Shown piece after piece: positions 19,308 through 29,633 of a stretch of DNA of 64,000 nucleotides. Position numbers and translations under genes: made by a program. Under the pieces are notes generated by a model, which was given only the letters and a program-made list of their open reading frames with translations, had not been told where the DNA came from and did not search any database. The DNA is from Desulfobulbaceae bacterium DB1 (lineage in GTDB: Bacteria > Desulfobacterota > Desulfobulbia > Desulfobulbales > SURF-16): assembly GCA_001914235.1 (NCBI GenBank), contig MQUF01000006.1, positions 203,234-267,233 on the forward strand, read 5' to 3'. Position 1 is the stretch's first letter. Every line of letters starts with the position of its first letter.

Positions 19308-19336
19308 TTGACACGGAAGTTTCAACTTGTATTGAT

Positions 19337-19370
19337 AAAAAAAGGCGATGCTGCCGCATCGCCTTTTTTT
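19337..19370 (+). terminator. Rho-independent terminator after the rhodanese gene
   Basis: AAAAAAA-GGCGATGC-TGCC-GCATCGCC-TTTTTTT. Confidence 0.85.
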
Positions 19371-19530
19371 ATGCGTCCTGTTCGGGTGTTTTTAATCGGA
19401 ACAGAGGAATGCGCTGCCGTGGTAAAAAAAACTTTCTTTCTGCGTTTCTCACCTCTATAATTTGTTTGCGGTATCAGCCGGTTGCCTGATGTGCTTTTCA
19501 ACCAAATTTAAAAAGGGAGAAAGTGGCGCG

Positions 19531-21303
19531 ATGATTGTTCCCAACATAAAAACAAAAATGGTTGTCATGATCTGCATTTCCCTGCTGGGGCTCTTTATTG
19601 TCTTTTTGAACGCCAATAAAGCACTGAATGCAAACATCGAAATCAGTGCACGGGTCAAGAGTGAAAAATTTGTTATGGCCATGGATATAGAAAAACTCGG
19701 TGCCCAGTCCCGCAAGTTGTCAAATGATGTCGAAATCAGCGCCACCACGGAATCTCTTGACAGTCTGGAAACGGCAAAACAGGACAAAACCGTTCTTCAG
19801 AAACAGATTGATGATATTGTTGCGGTATCAAAAAATGAGGAAGTGAAAAACACCCTTAATGAAATGAAGAAACTGACTGATCAGGTTCTTGACGCCGGCA
19901 GGCGATGGGTTGAATTTTCCTTTGCGCAGAAGTATGCCGAATCATTTGCCGCGGAGGAAGAATTCAAGGCTCTGAAAAAAGAATATTTTACCCTGATAAG
20001 CTCTTTGCAGCAGATGGCCCGTTCCGATCTGGAGCAATCGCTGGATCAGATTCATTCGCTTTCCAAACAAAGTATTCGTATCAATCTCGTTATCTTTGCT
20101 GTCTCCGTGCCGATTGTCCTTTTTTTGTCGATCGTCACTGTTTTTTCCATTATCCGGCCATTGGCGAAAACTGTGGAGTTCGCCGAAAGGGTGGCGGAAG
20201 GAGATGTTTCCCACCAGCTTGATATCACGTCAAAGGACGAACTGGGCAGCATGAGCAGGGCCTTGAATGACATGGTGCGCAGCCTTGCCCAGAAAAGCGA
20301 GGTGGCTGAGTCCATCGCCCAGGGAGATCTGTGTTGCAATGTCCCGATAGCTTCCGAGCGCGACACGCTTGGCCATTCGTTGCAGAAAATGGTGGAAAAT
20401 CTTGCCGCGATGATTAAAAACGTGCAGAAAAATGCCATCCATCTTTCCACCGCCTCTGATTCCATGTCCGGTTTGTCGATGCATCTTGCCGCAGGGGCGG
20501 AAGAGATGAGTGCACAAACGAAAGATGCGACAAATTGTATCAACGATATCAATGTCCATGCTCGCAATGTCACCACCACTGCCCGGAAAATGTCCGAAAA
20601 TATGGCAATCATCGCCGAGACCACCGAGCGGATGTCGGCTGCCATCGTCCGGATAGGAGGCAATGCAAAGGATGGCGCCGAGATAACCGAGACGGCGTTG
20701 ACCATGTCCGATAAGGCGACGAAAACAATCCTCTCCCTGCACGATACGGCCATTGAAATCGGCAAGGTGACCACGGCCATTAATGAAATTACCGAGCAGA
20801 CCAAGCTTCTCGCCTTAAACGCCACCATCGAGGCCGCCCGGGCCGGCGATGCCGGCAAGGGCTTTGCCGTGGTTGCCGGAGAGGTCAAGGAGTTGGCCAA
20901 GCAGAGCGCGGCGGCGGCGGAAAATATAGCAGCACTCATCGGCCAGGTGCAGAACAACACCGGCGAGGCGGTGCATGTCATCGGCGATGTGGCGGAGACC
21001 ATTAAGAAGGTTAATCTCTCTTCTCTCCAGATCAATCAGGCGGTGGAAGAGCAGATTCGGGAGGCACAGGGCATGGCGGCCGGTGTGGCGGATGTCAATG
21101 AAGGGGCAAACAACATTGCCTCCGCCATCAGTGAGCTTGCCGGGAATGCCAACGATACCACGGCCAATATCAATGAGGTCAAGGCTGTTGTCGACAGCAG
21201 CACGGAAGGAATTCATAAAATTTCCGATGCCGCCGCGGAACTGGCGGAACTGGCCGGAAGACTTGAAGGGCTTGTCGGGGAATTTCACCTGGAGAAGGCA
21301 TGA
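19531..21303 (+). CDS. Methyl-accepting chemotaxis protein with HAMP domain
   Basis: Start chosen at [20 protein letters not shown] (AGGGAG SD). HAMP region reads [26 protein letters not shown]. Signalling hairpin reads [37 protein letters not shown]. Confidence 0.9.
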   Translation: MIVPNIKTKMVVMICISLLGLFIVFLNANKALNANIEISARVKSEKFVMAMDIEKLGAQSRKLSNDVEISATTESLDSLETAKQDKTVLQKQIDDIVAVSKNEEVKNTLNEMKKLTDQVLDAGRRWVEFSFAQKYAESFAAEEEFKALKKEYFTLISSLQQMARSDLEQSLDQIHSLSKQSIRINLVIFAVSVPIVLFLSIVTVFSIIRPLAKTVEFAERVAEGDVSHQLDITSKDELGSMSRALNDMVRSLAQKSEVAESIAQGDLCCNVPIASERDTLGHSLQKMVENLAAMIKNVQKNAIHLSTASDSMSGLSMHLAAGAEEMSAQTKDATNCINDINVHARNVTTTARKMSENMAIIAETTERMSAAIVRIGGNAKDGAEITETALTMSDKATKTILSLHDTAIEIGKVTTAINEITEQTKLLALNATIEAARAGDAGKGFAVVAGEVKELAKQSAAAAENIAALIGQVQNNTGEAVHVIGDVAETIKKVNLSSLQINQAVEEQIREAQGMAAGVADVNEGANNIASAISELAGNANDTTANINEVKAVVDSSTEGIHKISDAAAELAELAGRLEGLVGEFHLEKA

Positions 21304-21563
21304 TGCAGGAAATTCATATTACCGTTGATGGGATTGCGCTTGATTTTGAGACGGCAAAGAACATCGCGCTGGCCGTTGCGGAAAAAGAGGGTGATGAACC
21401 CATGCTGATTTCCTGGAATGACAGGGCACGCGATAAACATTCCCCCAGTTGCGTGAAATGCGAATTGCATGGCGCCCCGGGCTGGGAGGTTTATGGCCGC
21501 AACCATGGCGGCCGGGTGAGGATCAGTGTCAATAAGGATGATTATGTCTTTATTTACAGTTGA
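21300..21563 (+). CDS. Small conserved hypothetical protein (87 aa; possibly AF1514/DUF5619-like), translationally coupled to the MCP
   Basis: ATGA overlap with the MCP stop. The composition is plausible for a real protein ([38 protein letters not shown]...DDYVFIYS). The family name is from memory only. Confidence 0.5.
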   Translation: MMQEIHITVDGIALDFETAKNIALAVAEKEGDEPMLISWNDRARDKHSPSCVKCELHGAPGWEVYGRNHGGRVRISVNKDDYVFIYS

Positions 21564-21593
21564 TCGTGCAACAGCAGCCGGCAGTCGGGAATC

Positions 21594-23522
21594 TCACCAA
21601 CCTTTTTTGTTGTTGCTGCGGATTTCCGACTTCATTGCCCTTTCCCTGATTGCCGCTTCCCTGATTTTGTTGCTGAAAACGATACGTTTGGCCGCCCAAT
21701 CAAGTTCCTCGAATTTTTTTTCCCCCGCCGTGCCTGTTGCCCGGATTTTGTACGTCCAACAGCCGTCCTCCTCTTGAAAGACCCGGCTTACCTCACCCTC
21801 GTGCAAACCGGCGAGCTCCCTGTCTTTTTCCTGGTTCATATCAAGATACCTGCGCGGCAGCAGGGATTGGAATTGCCTTGAACCGGCCTGGGAGAATTTT
21901 TTTGATATTAGGTCCATATTGCCGTCGGTAAGCATCAATTCCCGCGCCTCACGGCAGAGGTTTTCCTGGGCCTGTTTTTTTTCTGCGGAGTCGTAAGGAT
22001 GGATGTAGCGGAAGATGCCGTGCAGATCAAGCCGGAAGGGCGACATGACCGTATTTTGTTCGAGTTCCTTGAGTGCTGGGGGAATAATGGTTCGGCAGCT
22101 TTGATGAAAATCCTCAATCCTGGCTGAAATCCGCAGGTCGACTGCCTTATTCATTTCATTTTTTTTCACCCCGCGTATTTTTTGCAGGTTTCGAATGATA
22201 TGTTCCGTTGTCATGGTTTGTTGCGCGGCTTTTGATGTTGTCGCGCCGCAGCCGTTGTGGCGAGGAAAAACCATCTTTTTTCTATATGCGGCGGATTTGT
22301 CGTCTTGCCGCAGTAAATGGCCGAGACTGAAAAACGATATGCCGTCAAGTCCCAGCTCGGATATGTTCTCGGTTTCCCGAGCGATTTCTTCCGGAGATTT
22401 GATGTAGGCGCCGAGTCCGGCCCAGATGCGAACCGGGGTTGCGCCGCTTCTGTCCACAACATTTTCAAGTTGTCTCTTTACCCGTTCGGCGCCGCCGAAA
22501 TAGGCCATCGGCATGATTTCATCAACAATCCCCTCCTGCGCCCAGGTCAACCAGTCCTGGCCTTTGTCGAGATAGGCGGGAATCAGGTCCGGGAAAACAG
22601 CAGCGGAAAGCAAGGGGGTATGCGGGGATTGCCGCAAGGTGTTTTTAACCCGGCGGACAAGTTTTGTGACTTCACCCGCCCGCAGGTCGGCCCAGAGAAG
22701 TGCCGCTGTGGTGAGGAGTTCATCACCTGCGCTCAGTTGCCCCCGATACCATTTTTCAACGTCGGCTTCGTTTATTTTTTCCGGCAGCAGCCGGGGATCA
22801 AAGCCGTACGCATTTGTGAATTCATCGGCAATTTCCCCAAGGCCGAAGAAGGAGCCGGGGTAGCGGACAAAATCGAGATGAATGCCGGCAACCGGATATT
22901 GCTGTACAAGTTCCGCCACAACGGCGACAAAATAATCGCGGAAGCGGCTGGAGGAAGGGTCGGCATAGATGCCTTCAATCCAGTGTTGACTTTGTTCCAG
23001 TTCGCTGTAATCGGAAACCGATTTGCCGTTTCTGTCGGCAAGGAGCCAACCGTGGTCGGCGAGGGCCGGATGTTTTTTGTTTTTGGGCGGGGCCTGGCCG
23101 GACCAGAGATAATAAACGTTCAGCCATGCCTGGATGCGCTGGTCAGGGCACTGCTGCATCATCGCGGCCAGTGGATCGAAATCAGGCGGCGTCTGACTCA
23201 GTTCTTCGGCACGCGGAACAAGATCGCTCCGGTAATAGGCATCAGCTCTTCCCCTCACCTGGACGAGCAGGGTGGTGTAACCGGAGGCATGGGCTTCGGC
23301 GCAGATCTGCTTTATTTCCGCCTGGCTGTCCATGTGCCGGCGGACGACCCAGGCGGCAAGGTTTTTTTGCGGCGCCGCCTGCGGGGCACTGACGAGGAAC
23401 AGGGGCAGCCCGACAAGACAGACGAGGATGACGCGGCATATTCGATACGCATTCTTGACCTGCATAAACGCAAATGTTACCTTGTTTCTTTTTTGCAAAA
23501 GACTCATTTGCCTCATTTCCAT
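21594..23522 (-). CDS. UPF0748 / glycoside-hydrolase-like GHL10 family protein with an extra C-terminal domain of about 200 aa
   Basis: Signal peptide, then AAWVVRRHMDS...GYTTLLVQVRGRADAYYRSDLVPRAEE...DFDPLAAMM...IQAWLNVYYLW (YddW-like). The C-terminal part is weakly parvulin/SurA-like. The start codon is uncertain. Confidence 0.65.
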   Translation of the reverse strand: MEMRQMSLLQKRNKVTFAFMQVKNAYRICRVILVCLVGLPLFLVSAPQAAPQKNLAAWVVRRHMDSQAEIKQICAEAHASGYTTLLVQVRGRADAYYRSDLVPRAEELSQTPPDFDPLAAMMQQCPDQRIQAWLNVYYLWSGQAPPKNKKHPALADHGWLLADRNGKSVSDYSELEQSQHWIEGIYADPSSSRFRDYFVAVVAELVQQYPVAGIHLDFVRYPGSFFGLGEIADEFTNAYGFDPRLLPEKINEADVEKWYRGQLSAGDELLTTAALLWADLRAGEVTKLVRRVKNTLRQSPHTPLLSAAVFPDLIPAYLDKGQDWLTWAQEGIVDEIMPMAYFGGAERVKRQLENVVDRSGATPVRIWAGLGAYIKSPEEIARETENISELGLDGISFFSLGHLLRQDDKSAAYRKKMVFPRHNGCGATTSKAAQQTMTTEHIIRNLQKIRGVKKNEMNKAVDLRISARIEDFHQSCRTIIPPALKELEQNTVMSPFRLDLHGIFRYIHPYDSAEKKQAQENLCREARELMLTDGNMDLISKKFSQAGSRQFQSLLPRRYLDMNQEKDRELAGLHEGEVSRVFQEEDGCWTYKIRATGTAGEKKFEELDWAAKRIVFSNKIREAAIRERAMKSEIRSNNKKGW

Positions 23523-23562
23523 GCTGCCGGGAAATCGCGGCTTTTATCATGAAAAAAGTCAC

Positions 23563-24366
23563 ATGAACATCATGAGAGAGATTACGATGAACGAGACCGA
23601 CAAACAAGACAAATCCTTTCCCGCGGGGATGGTTCCCCTGGGAAAGTCGAAGTTTTCCTTTTCCTGCCATCCCGGTGTGTCCTGTTTCATGAAGTGCTGC
23701 AGCAATGTTGATATGCTGCTGTACCCGTATGACATCATCGGGTTGAAAAAATTCCTGGGCATCCGTTCAGACCAGTTTCTGGAAAAATATGTGCAGGTGG
23801 TCAAAGGGGCAAATCCTTTTTTTCCTGCGTTGATGATGAAAATGACCTCAACCAATTCCTGTCCTTTTCTCGGTGCGGAAGGATGCACGGTTTATGAGCA
23901 GCGGCCGTTGTCATGCCGCATGTATCCGCTGGAAAGGGGGGTTGACCGCACGCCGGAGAAGGGCAGGGCCGCGGAGTTTTATTTCCTGACCCGTCATGAT
24001 TACTGCAAGGGACATGAGGAACAACAGGATTGGTCGGTAAAGGAATGGCTGCGCAGCCAGAATCTGCTGTTTCACAATGCCATGGCTGATCAGTGGGCGG
24101 AGATGGATACCCTGTTCGCGAAAAATCCCTGGGCGGGTGAAGGGGCGGCCGGCCCCATGCAGAAACTTGCCTTTTTGATCTGTTACAATATCGACGGCTT
24201 CAGGGATTATGTCGCGCATCACAATCTGCTCGACCTGTTCAAGATTTCGCCGAACCGGCTCCGTTCCATTGAAAATGATGATGAAGCCCTGTTGACCTTC
24301 GGCTTTGACTGGCTGAAGTTGCTGCTTGCCGGCATGCCGACTCTGCAGCCGAGAAAAAAAAGGTGA
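23563..24366 (+). CDS. YkgJ-like cysteine-cluster protein (UPF0153-type)
   Basis: FSCHPGVSCFMKCCSN and SCPFLGAEGCTVYEQRPLSCRMYP. The start was chosen downstream of the divergent gene; Mets at 23563, 23572 and 23587 are all possible. Confidence 0.6.
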   Translation: MNIMREITMNETDKQDKSFPAGMVPLGKSKFSFSCHPGVSCFMKCCSNVDMLLYPYDIIGLKKFLGIRSDQFLEKYVQVVKGANPFFPALMMKMTSTNSCPFLGAEGCTVYEQRPLSCRMYPLERGVDRTPEKGRAAEFYFLTRHDYCKGHEEQQDWSVKEWLRSQNLLFHNAMADQWAEMDTLFAKNPWAGEGAAGPMQKLAFLICYNIDGFRDYVAHHNLLDLFKISPNRLRSIENDDEALLTFGFDWLKLLLAGMPTLQPRKKR

Positions 24367-24439
24367 GAAAATGAATCCGTCAAGACGGGGAAGAGCGGCG
24401 ATGTTCAACCGCTGCTTCTCCCCGCAGGCATTGCCTTTG

Positions 24440-25201
24440 TCAGCGAAAAATTTTCTGCAGGATTTCCGTTGTCCGTTTTGCCGGATTGGTGCGGATAGCA
24501 GCTTCTTCCCTGGCCAGATAGTAAAAAATGCCGTCAAGGCCTTTGTCAACCACATGGGCGGTGAGATCGGCCTTGACGTCGGGAACAAAGGGGATGGATT
24601 GGTATTTGGACATGACATTGTCGTATGATTTGACCGCCTCGGTCTCGGCCAGGCTTTCCGAGACCACGGGCGTCATTTCCTTTGTCAGCCGCGGGGTCAG
24701 TTTTTTCTGAAAATATCTGGTCGCGGCGTCTTTCGGGCCATTATAAATCGCCATGGCGTCGTCCATCGTCATCTCGCTGATGGCGCCCAGGAAAAGTTCT
24801 TTCGCCCTTGGCGTTGCGATCTCCGCCGCACGGTTGAGACGTGTTTCCAGGTCATCGACCATGGAGGACATGCCGATTTTTTTCAGGGCATCCTGGACGA
24901 CGCGCATTTTTTCCGGCAATGGTATGTGGATTTTAGGATCCAGGTTAAAGCCGTCCGGCCGTCCGAGCTTCCCCACCACGGTTTCGGAGCCCACCCGCAG
25001 GGCGTCCTTCAGTCCGGCGGTGACATCGCCTAAACTCGGCTGGGTGGCGGATGTTGTTTTTCCCGGCATGGAGTTCTGCAGGACATCAGCCCCTTTTTCC
25101 AGCCAGCCGGCCTGCAGGGAGGGAGGATTTGCCGGCACGAGAACCAGCTGGGCGGTGAGCAATGACAGAAAACAGATCGATGCGGATAATTCTCTTTTCA
25201 T
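24440..25201 (-). CDS. DUF4197 family secreted protein
   Basis: Signal peptide, then GLKDALRVGSETVVGKLGRPDGFNLDPKIHIPLPEKM...YFQKKLTPRL...GLDGIFYYLAREEAAIRTNP. Confidence 0.75.
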   Translation of the reverse strand: MKRELSASICFLSLLTAQLVLVPANPPSLQAGWLEKGADVLQNSMPGKTTSATQPSLGDVTAGLKDALRVGSETVVGKLGRPDGFNLDPKIHIPLPEKMRVVQDALKKIGMSSMVDDLETRLNRAAEIATPRAKELFLGAISEMTMDDAMAIYNGPKDAATRYFQKKLTPRLTKEMTPVVSESLAETEAVKSYDNVMSKYQSIPFVPDVKADLTAHVVDKGLDGIFYYLAREEAAIRTNPAKRTTEILQKIFR

Positions 25202-25297
25202 GGGCTTTCTCCTTTGATTTGAGAGAGGGGGTCATGAAAATTATGGAAAGATCATTGCCGTTCTGTCAAGCAATATGAATTTCAGGAGGAAGGTGCC

Positions 25298-26020
25298 GTG
25301 GATGATCTTCGTCTTTATGAAGAAATAATCCGTTTCATGCACGAACGCAAGTCCGTCGCCCTGGCCACGGTGGTTGAGACGAGCGGGGCAACGCCCCGCA
25401 AGGCGGGAGCCAAGATGCTGGTTTCCGCGGACGGCTCCATTGCCGGAACCGTCGGCGGCGGCAGAATCGAGGCGGACACCATCGTCGCGGCGCTTGAGAG
25501 CCTGCAAACCGGCGAACCGCGTCTTCTGCGCTTTGCTGCCATCGAGGAAAGCGGCGCGACCTGCGGCGGCAACATGCGGGTCTATATCGAACCGATCAAC
25601 GCGGCACCCCGTCTGGTGGCGGTGGGATCAGGCCATGTGGCCAGGGCCGTGATGTGCGCGGGCGAGGCGGCGGGGTTTCAGGCACGTCTCGTCTCGCCCG
25701 GTCCTGAAATCGACAAAGAACTGCTTGCCCTTGCCGGGCACCGACAAAGCTTTATTTTTATCGCGACCAGTGATCACCGGCAGGATTTTGCCGCGGCCCT
25801 TGCCGCGCTGAAAACTCCGGCGCGATATGTTGCCGTGCTGGGAAGCCGCGGGAAACGCACGGCCATGGAGGCATATCTTGCCGCGCAGGGCCTTGACGCA
25901 GCAGAAATTTCCCGGATAATTTCACCGGCCGGTCTTGAGATCGGGGCGCAAACCCCGGAAGAAATCGCGGTCAGCGTTGTCGGTCAGATGGTACAGGTCC
26001 GGAGGTCGACAGGCGACTGA
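25298..26020 (+). CDS. XdhC/CoxI-family accessory protein
   Basis: GTG start with AGGAGGA SD. Reads ALATVVETSGATPRKAGAKMLVSADGSIAGTVGGGRIE, followed by a Rossmann-like VAVGSGHVARAV. Confidence 0.8.
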   Translation: MDDLRLYEEIIRFMHERKSVALATVVETSGATPRKAGAKMLVSADGSIAGTVGGGRIEADTIVAALESLQTGEPRLLRFAAIEESGATCGGNMRVYIEPINAAPRLVAVGSGHVARAVMCAGEAAGFQARLVSPGPEIDKELLALAGHRQSFIFIATSDHRQDFAAALAALKTPARYVAVLGSRGKRTAMEAYLAAQGLDAAEISRIISPAGLEIGAQTPEEIAVSVVGQMVQVRRSTGD

Positions 26021-26030
26021 TAACTTGAGA

Positions 26031-26066
26031 CACTTTAAGTACTTGAAGTATTTCAGGCACTAAAAC
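26031..26066. repeat. Second locus of the AT-rich dispersed repeat seen at 13014-13121
   Basis: ACTTGAAGTATTTCAGGCACTAAAAC (26041-26066) matches the reverse complement of 13009-13034 with one mismatch. Confidence 0.7.
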
Positions 26067-26084
26067 TATCGATTCATTTTTCGT

Positions 26085-29000
26085 TCACTGTCGCTTGCCG
26101 CCCCATTTACCGTTTTTCTTGGGGATCAGTTCCGCCTGTTTTTTCATGAAAAGGAGCCCCTTGTAGCCAAGCACGCTTTCCACCTCCCGGGCGAAATCCC
26201 CGCAGGGATTGATGGTGAGTTCTTCCGGGAGGTCGATGTCCGCCTCTCCCCGTTTGTTGAAATGAAGGGTCAGCGACACCGGGCAGGGGCCGTGGTGGCG
26301 GTGGATGGTTTTTTTCAGGTCTTCAAGTATCTTGCGGTTTACCCGATCGGAAATGAGCATGATTTTTGCCGCGGCGGTGAATTTTTTCAGGGCCTCGGAC
26401 AGTGTATCAATGGTGTCCGCCAGGATCTTTGCTCCGCCGCCTTCTTCCTCTTCCTTCTGCAGGACTCCCTGAATAACCAGGGGGGTATCGTCGACCAGCA
26501 CATGACCGAATTCGGCATAGGTCTGGGGGAAGACGATGACCTCAACCGAGCTGGACGTGTCTTCCAGGGTGATAAAGGACATGGGATCCCCTTTTTTGCT
26601 TTTCAGGTTTTTCCGGTTCTTGATCAGGCCGCCGATTCTGACCGCCGAACCGTCACTGCGCTGCATCAGGTCGGCGATCTCGGTATCAATAACCTGGCTG
26701 ATTTCTTTCCTGAAATCATCCAGCGGATGGCCGGTGATGTAAAAACCAACCGTTTCTTTTTCCGCGGCAAGCTTGTCTTTTTCATCCCATTCCGGGATGT
26801 CGGGAAAGGGGATATTGGTCGATTTTTCCTTGGCCTCGGTCGGCATGATGGAAAAAAGGGAAAGCTGTCCGCTTTCCTTGTCCCTCTGGGCGGCCTGGGC
26901 CTGTTCCATGGCCAGGTCAAGAACGGCGAAAAGCTGGGATCGTTTCGCGCCAAGGGAATCAAAGGCCCCTGCCTTGATCAGGCTCTCAATGACCCGGCGG
27001 TTGACCTTGCGGGAGTCGACCCTGGCGCAAAAGTCACCGAGGGATTTGAACGGCCCTTCCTTGCTCCGCTCTTCCATGATGGAATCAAGGGCCGCGCCGC
27101 CGACATTTTTTACCGCCGCAAGGCCGAAACGGATGCGGTCGTTGATGACGGTGAAATCCTGGTTGCTTTCATTGATGTCCGGCGGCAGGACATCGATTTC
27201 GTGTTCCTTGCACTCATTGATGTATTTGACCACCTTGTCGGTGTTGTTGACGTCGCAGGAAAGCAGCGCCGCCATGAACTGGGCCGGGTAATGGGCCTTG
27301 AGATACGCGGTCTGGTAGGAAATAAGGGCATAGGCGGCGCTGTGTGACTTGTTGAAGCCGTAGCCGGCGAACTTGGCCATCAGGTCGAAGATGTACTCGG
27401 CCTTGTCCAGGGGGACCTTGTTTTTCTCCGCCCCTTGCATGAACTTGCCCCGCTGTTCCTCCATCACCGCCGGGATCTTCTTACCCATGGCGCGGCGCAG
27501 GTTGTCTGCATCGCCCAGGGAGTAGGCGGCCAGGACATTGGCAATTTTCATTACCTGCTCCTGATAAACGATGACGCCATAGGTTTCTTTCAGGATCGGT
27601 TCCAGTTGGGGCAGGGGATAGGTGGCCACCATCTTGCCGTGCTTGGTGTTGACGAAGTCATCCACCATGCCGCTTTCGAGCGGTCCCGGCCGGTAGAGGG
27701 CAACCAGGGCGATGAGATCGGTGAACACCTCCGGCTTCATCTTCATCAGCAACTGGCGCATGCCTGAGCTTTCCAGCTGGAACACTCCCAGGGCATCGCC
27801 CTTGCAGAGCAGATCGTACGTTTTCGGATCATCCATGGGGATGGCGGCGATGTCAAGCGGTTCTTCCCGTTCCTCCTTGATCAGCTTCAGGGCGCGATTG
27901 ATAACAGTGAGCGTCTTCAGGCCGAGGAAGTCGAATTTGATGAGACCGGTCATCTCGGTGTACTTCATGTCGTACTGGGTGAGTACCTCGCCTTTCGGTC
28001 CCTTGCACACCGGCAGATATTCCACCATGGGCTCGGGCGAAATCACCACCCCGGCCGCATGGATGGAGGTGTGGCGCTGCAGACCCTCGAGCACCTTGGC
28101 GATGTCGATGAGTTGCCTGACCTGGTCATCGCGCTGATACAGGTCTTTTAAGCGCGGTTCCTGCTCCATTGCCTTTTTGATGGTCATTTTCAGCTCATCC
28201 GGCACCAGCTTGGCGATACGGTCGACATCGCCGAAAGGCATGGCCAGGGCCCGGCCCACATCGCGGATAACGCCCTTGGCCTTCATGGAACCATAGGTGA
28301 TGATCTGGGTGACATGGTCATCACCGCCATATTTTTCATGGACGTATTTGATGACCTCGCCGCGTCGTTCCTGGCAGAAATCAACATCAAAGTCCGGCAT
28401 GGATTTGCGTTCGACATTGAGAAAGCGTTCGAAGATGAGGCCATAAGGAATGGGGTCGATATCGGTGATGCGCATGCAGAAGGCCACCAGGCTGCCGGCG
28501 CCGGAGCCGCGCCCCGGTCCCACCGGGATATCATGGTTTTTGGCCCAGTTGATGAAGTCGGCCACGATGAGAAAATAGCCGGGAAATCCCATGGTCTTGA
28601 TGACGTCGATTTCCATGTCCAGCCGTTTGCGATAGGTTTTTTCAAGCTCCGCCCCGACCTCCTGCCTTTTTCGCAGTTCCCGCATCCTTTCCTTGAATCC
28701 CTGACGGGCGGTCTGGTCAAAGAGGGAATCAAGGGTTTCTCCTTCCGGTACCGGAAAGATGGGGAAATAATGGTTGCCGAAGGGGATTTCCAGATTGCAG
28801 CGGGCGGCCAGGGCCACGGTATTTTCGATGGCCTGCGGGCAATCGGCAAAGCGGCTCTTCATTTCCTGGGGGGATTTGAAAAAGAGTTCATCCGTGCTGA
28901 ACCTGAAGCGGCCGGCATCCATGATGGTCTTGCCCGTCTGGATGCAGAGCAGCAGCTCATGGGCCTTGTGTTCTTCCCGGTTGAGATAGTGGCAGTCATT

Positions 29001-29633
29001 GGTGGCGATCAGCGGGATGGAAAGCTCTCTGGAAAGCTGTTTCAGGCCGTTGTTGGCGATCCGTTGTTCCTCCATGCCGTTTTCCTGCAGCTCGAAATAG
29101 AGCCGGTCGCCGAAAATCGCGTAGAGCTCCCGGGCCTTTTCCCGGGCCAGATCGATATTTTTCTCAGTGGCAATCAGATAGGGAATTTCCCCGTGCAGGC
29201 AGGCGGTCATGGCAATGAGCCCTTCACTGTGGGCAATCATTGATTCTTTGTCGATGCGGGGTTTGTAATGGAAACCCTGGAGCTGGGCGATGGAGGCAAG
29301 TTTCAGCAGATTTTTGTAGCCGACGAGATCCATGGCAAGCAGCACGATGTGAAAGGCTGCCTTGCCCGCACTCTTCGCGCTTTTATCCCCGCGGGAACCA
29401 GGGGCGATGTAGAATTCGCAGCCGATGATCGGTTTGATGCCTGCCTTTCTCGCCTTGACGTAAAATTCCAGGGCACCGTACATGGAGCCGTGATCGGTGA
29501 TGGCCACCGTGTCCATGCCGAATTCCTTGCATTTGGCGAGCAGGTCGTCAAGCCGGATGGCGCCGTCCAGCAGGCTGTACTGGGTATGGACATGGAGGTG
29601 GACGAAGTTGGCGGGAATGGTTTCGCTGGTCAT
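26085..29633 (-). CDS. dnaE: DNA polymerase III alpha subunit
   Basis: PHP domain FVHLHVHTQYSLLDG, GPGRGSGAGSLVAFCMRITDIDP and HAAGVVIS, plus an OB fold near the C-terminus. I place the start at MTSETIPANFVHLHVH (29633). The open frame continues to ATG 29732 through the 9-bp repeat. Confidence 0.95.
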   Translation of the reverse strand: MTSETIPANFVHLHVHTQYSLLDGAIRLDDLLAKCKEFGMDTVAITDHGSMYGALEFYVKARKAGIKPIIGCEFYIAPGSRGDKSAKSAGKAAFHIVLLAMDLVGYKNLLKLASIAQLQGFHYKPRIDKESMIAHSEGLIAMTACLHGEIPYLIATEKNIDLAREKARELYAIFGDRLYFELQENGMEEQRIANNGLKQLSRELSIPLIATNDCHYLNREEHKAHELLLCIQTGKTIMDAGRFRFSTDELFFKSPQEMKSRFADCPQAIENTVALAARCNLEIPFGNHYFPIFPVPEGETLDSLFDQTARQGFKERMRELRKRQEVGAELEKTYRKRLDMEIDVIKTMGFPGYFLIVADFINWAKNHDIPVGPGRGSGAGSLVAFCMRITDIDPIPYGLIFERFLNVERKSMPDFDVDFCQERRGEVIKYVHEKYGGDDHVTQIITYGSMKAKGVIRDVGRALAMPFGDVDRIAKLVPDELKMTIKKAMEQEPRLKDLYQRDDQVRQLIDIAKVLEGLQRHTSIHAAGVVISPEPMVEYLPVCKGPKGEVLTQYDMKYTEMTGLIKFDFLGLKTLTVINRALKLIKEEREEPLDIAAIPMDDPKTYDLLCKGDALGVFQLESSGMRQLLMKMKPEVFTDLIALVALYRPGPLESGMVDDFVNTKHGKMVATYPLPQLEPILKETYGVIVYQEQVMKIANVLAAYSLGDADNLRRAMGKKIPAVMEEQRGKFMQGAEKNKVPLDKAEYIFDLMAKFAGYGFNKSHSAAYALISYQTAYLKAHYPAQFMAALLSCDVNNTDKVVKYINECKEHEIDVLPPDINESNQDFTVINDRIRFGLAAVKNVGGAALDSIMEERSKEGPFKSLGDFCARVDSRKVNRRVIESLIKAGAFDSLGAKRSQLFAVLDLAMEQAQAAQRDKESGQLSLFSIMPTEAKEKSTNIPFPDIPEWDEKDKLAAEKETVGFYITGHPLDDFRKEISQVIDTEIADLMQRSDGSAVRIGGLIKNRKNLKSKKGDPMSFITLEDTSSSVEVIVFPQTYAEFGHVLVDDTPLVIQGVLQKEEEEGGGAKILADTIDTLSEALKKFTAAAKIMLISDRVNRKILEDLKKTIHRHHGPCPVSLTLHFNKRGEADIDLPEELTINPCGDFAREVESVLGYKGLLFMKKQAELIPKKNGKWGGKRQ

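Noticed and set aside
18039-19325. Long antisense ORFs in the track opposite well-supported genes. Examples: 18039..19325 -, 7266..8573 -, 3884..4738 -, 1827..2333 -, 20052..21035 -, 22317..23552 +, 26262..27347 +, 28314..29243 +, 9436..10248 +, 35988..36740 -.
   Set aside because: Each lies entirely within a gene on the other strand that has clear family motifs. Their translations are Arg/Gly/Pro/His-rich and low-complexity, with no recognisable domains. This is typical of shadow ORFs in moderately GC-rich DNA.
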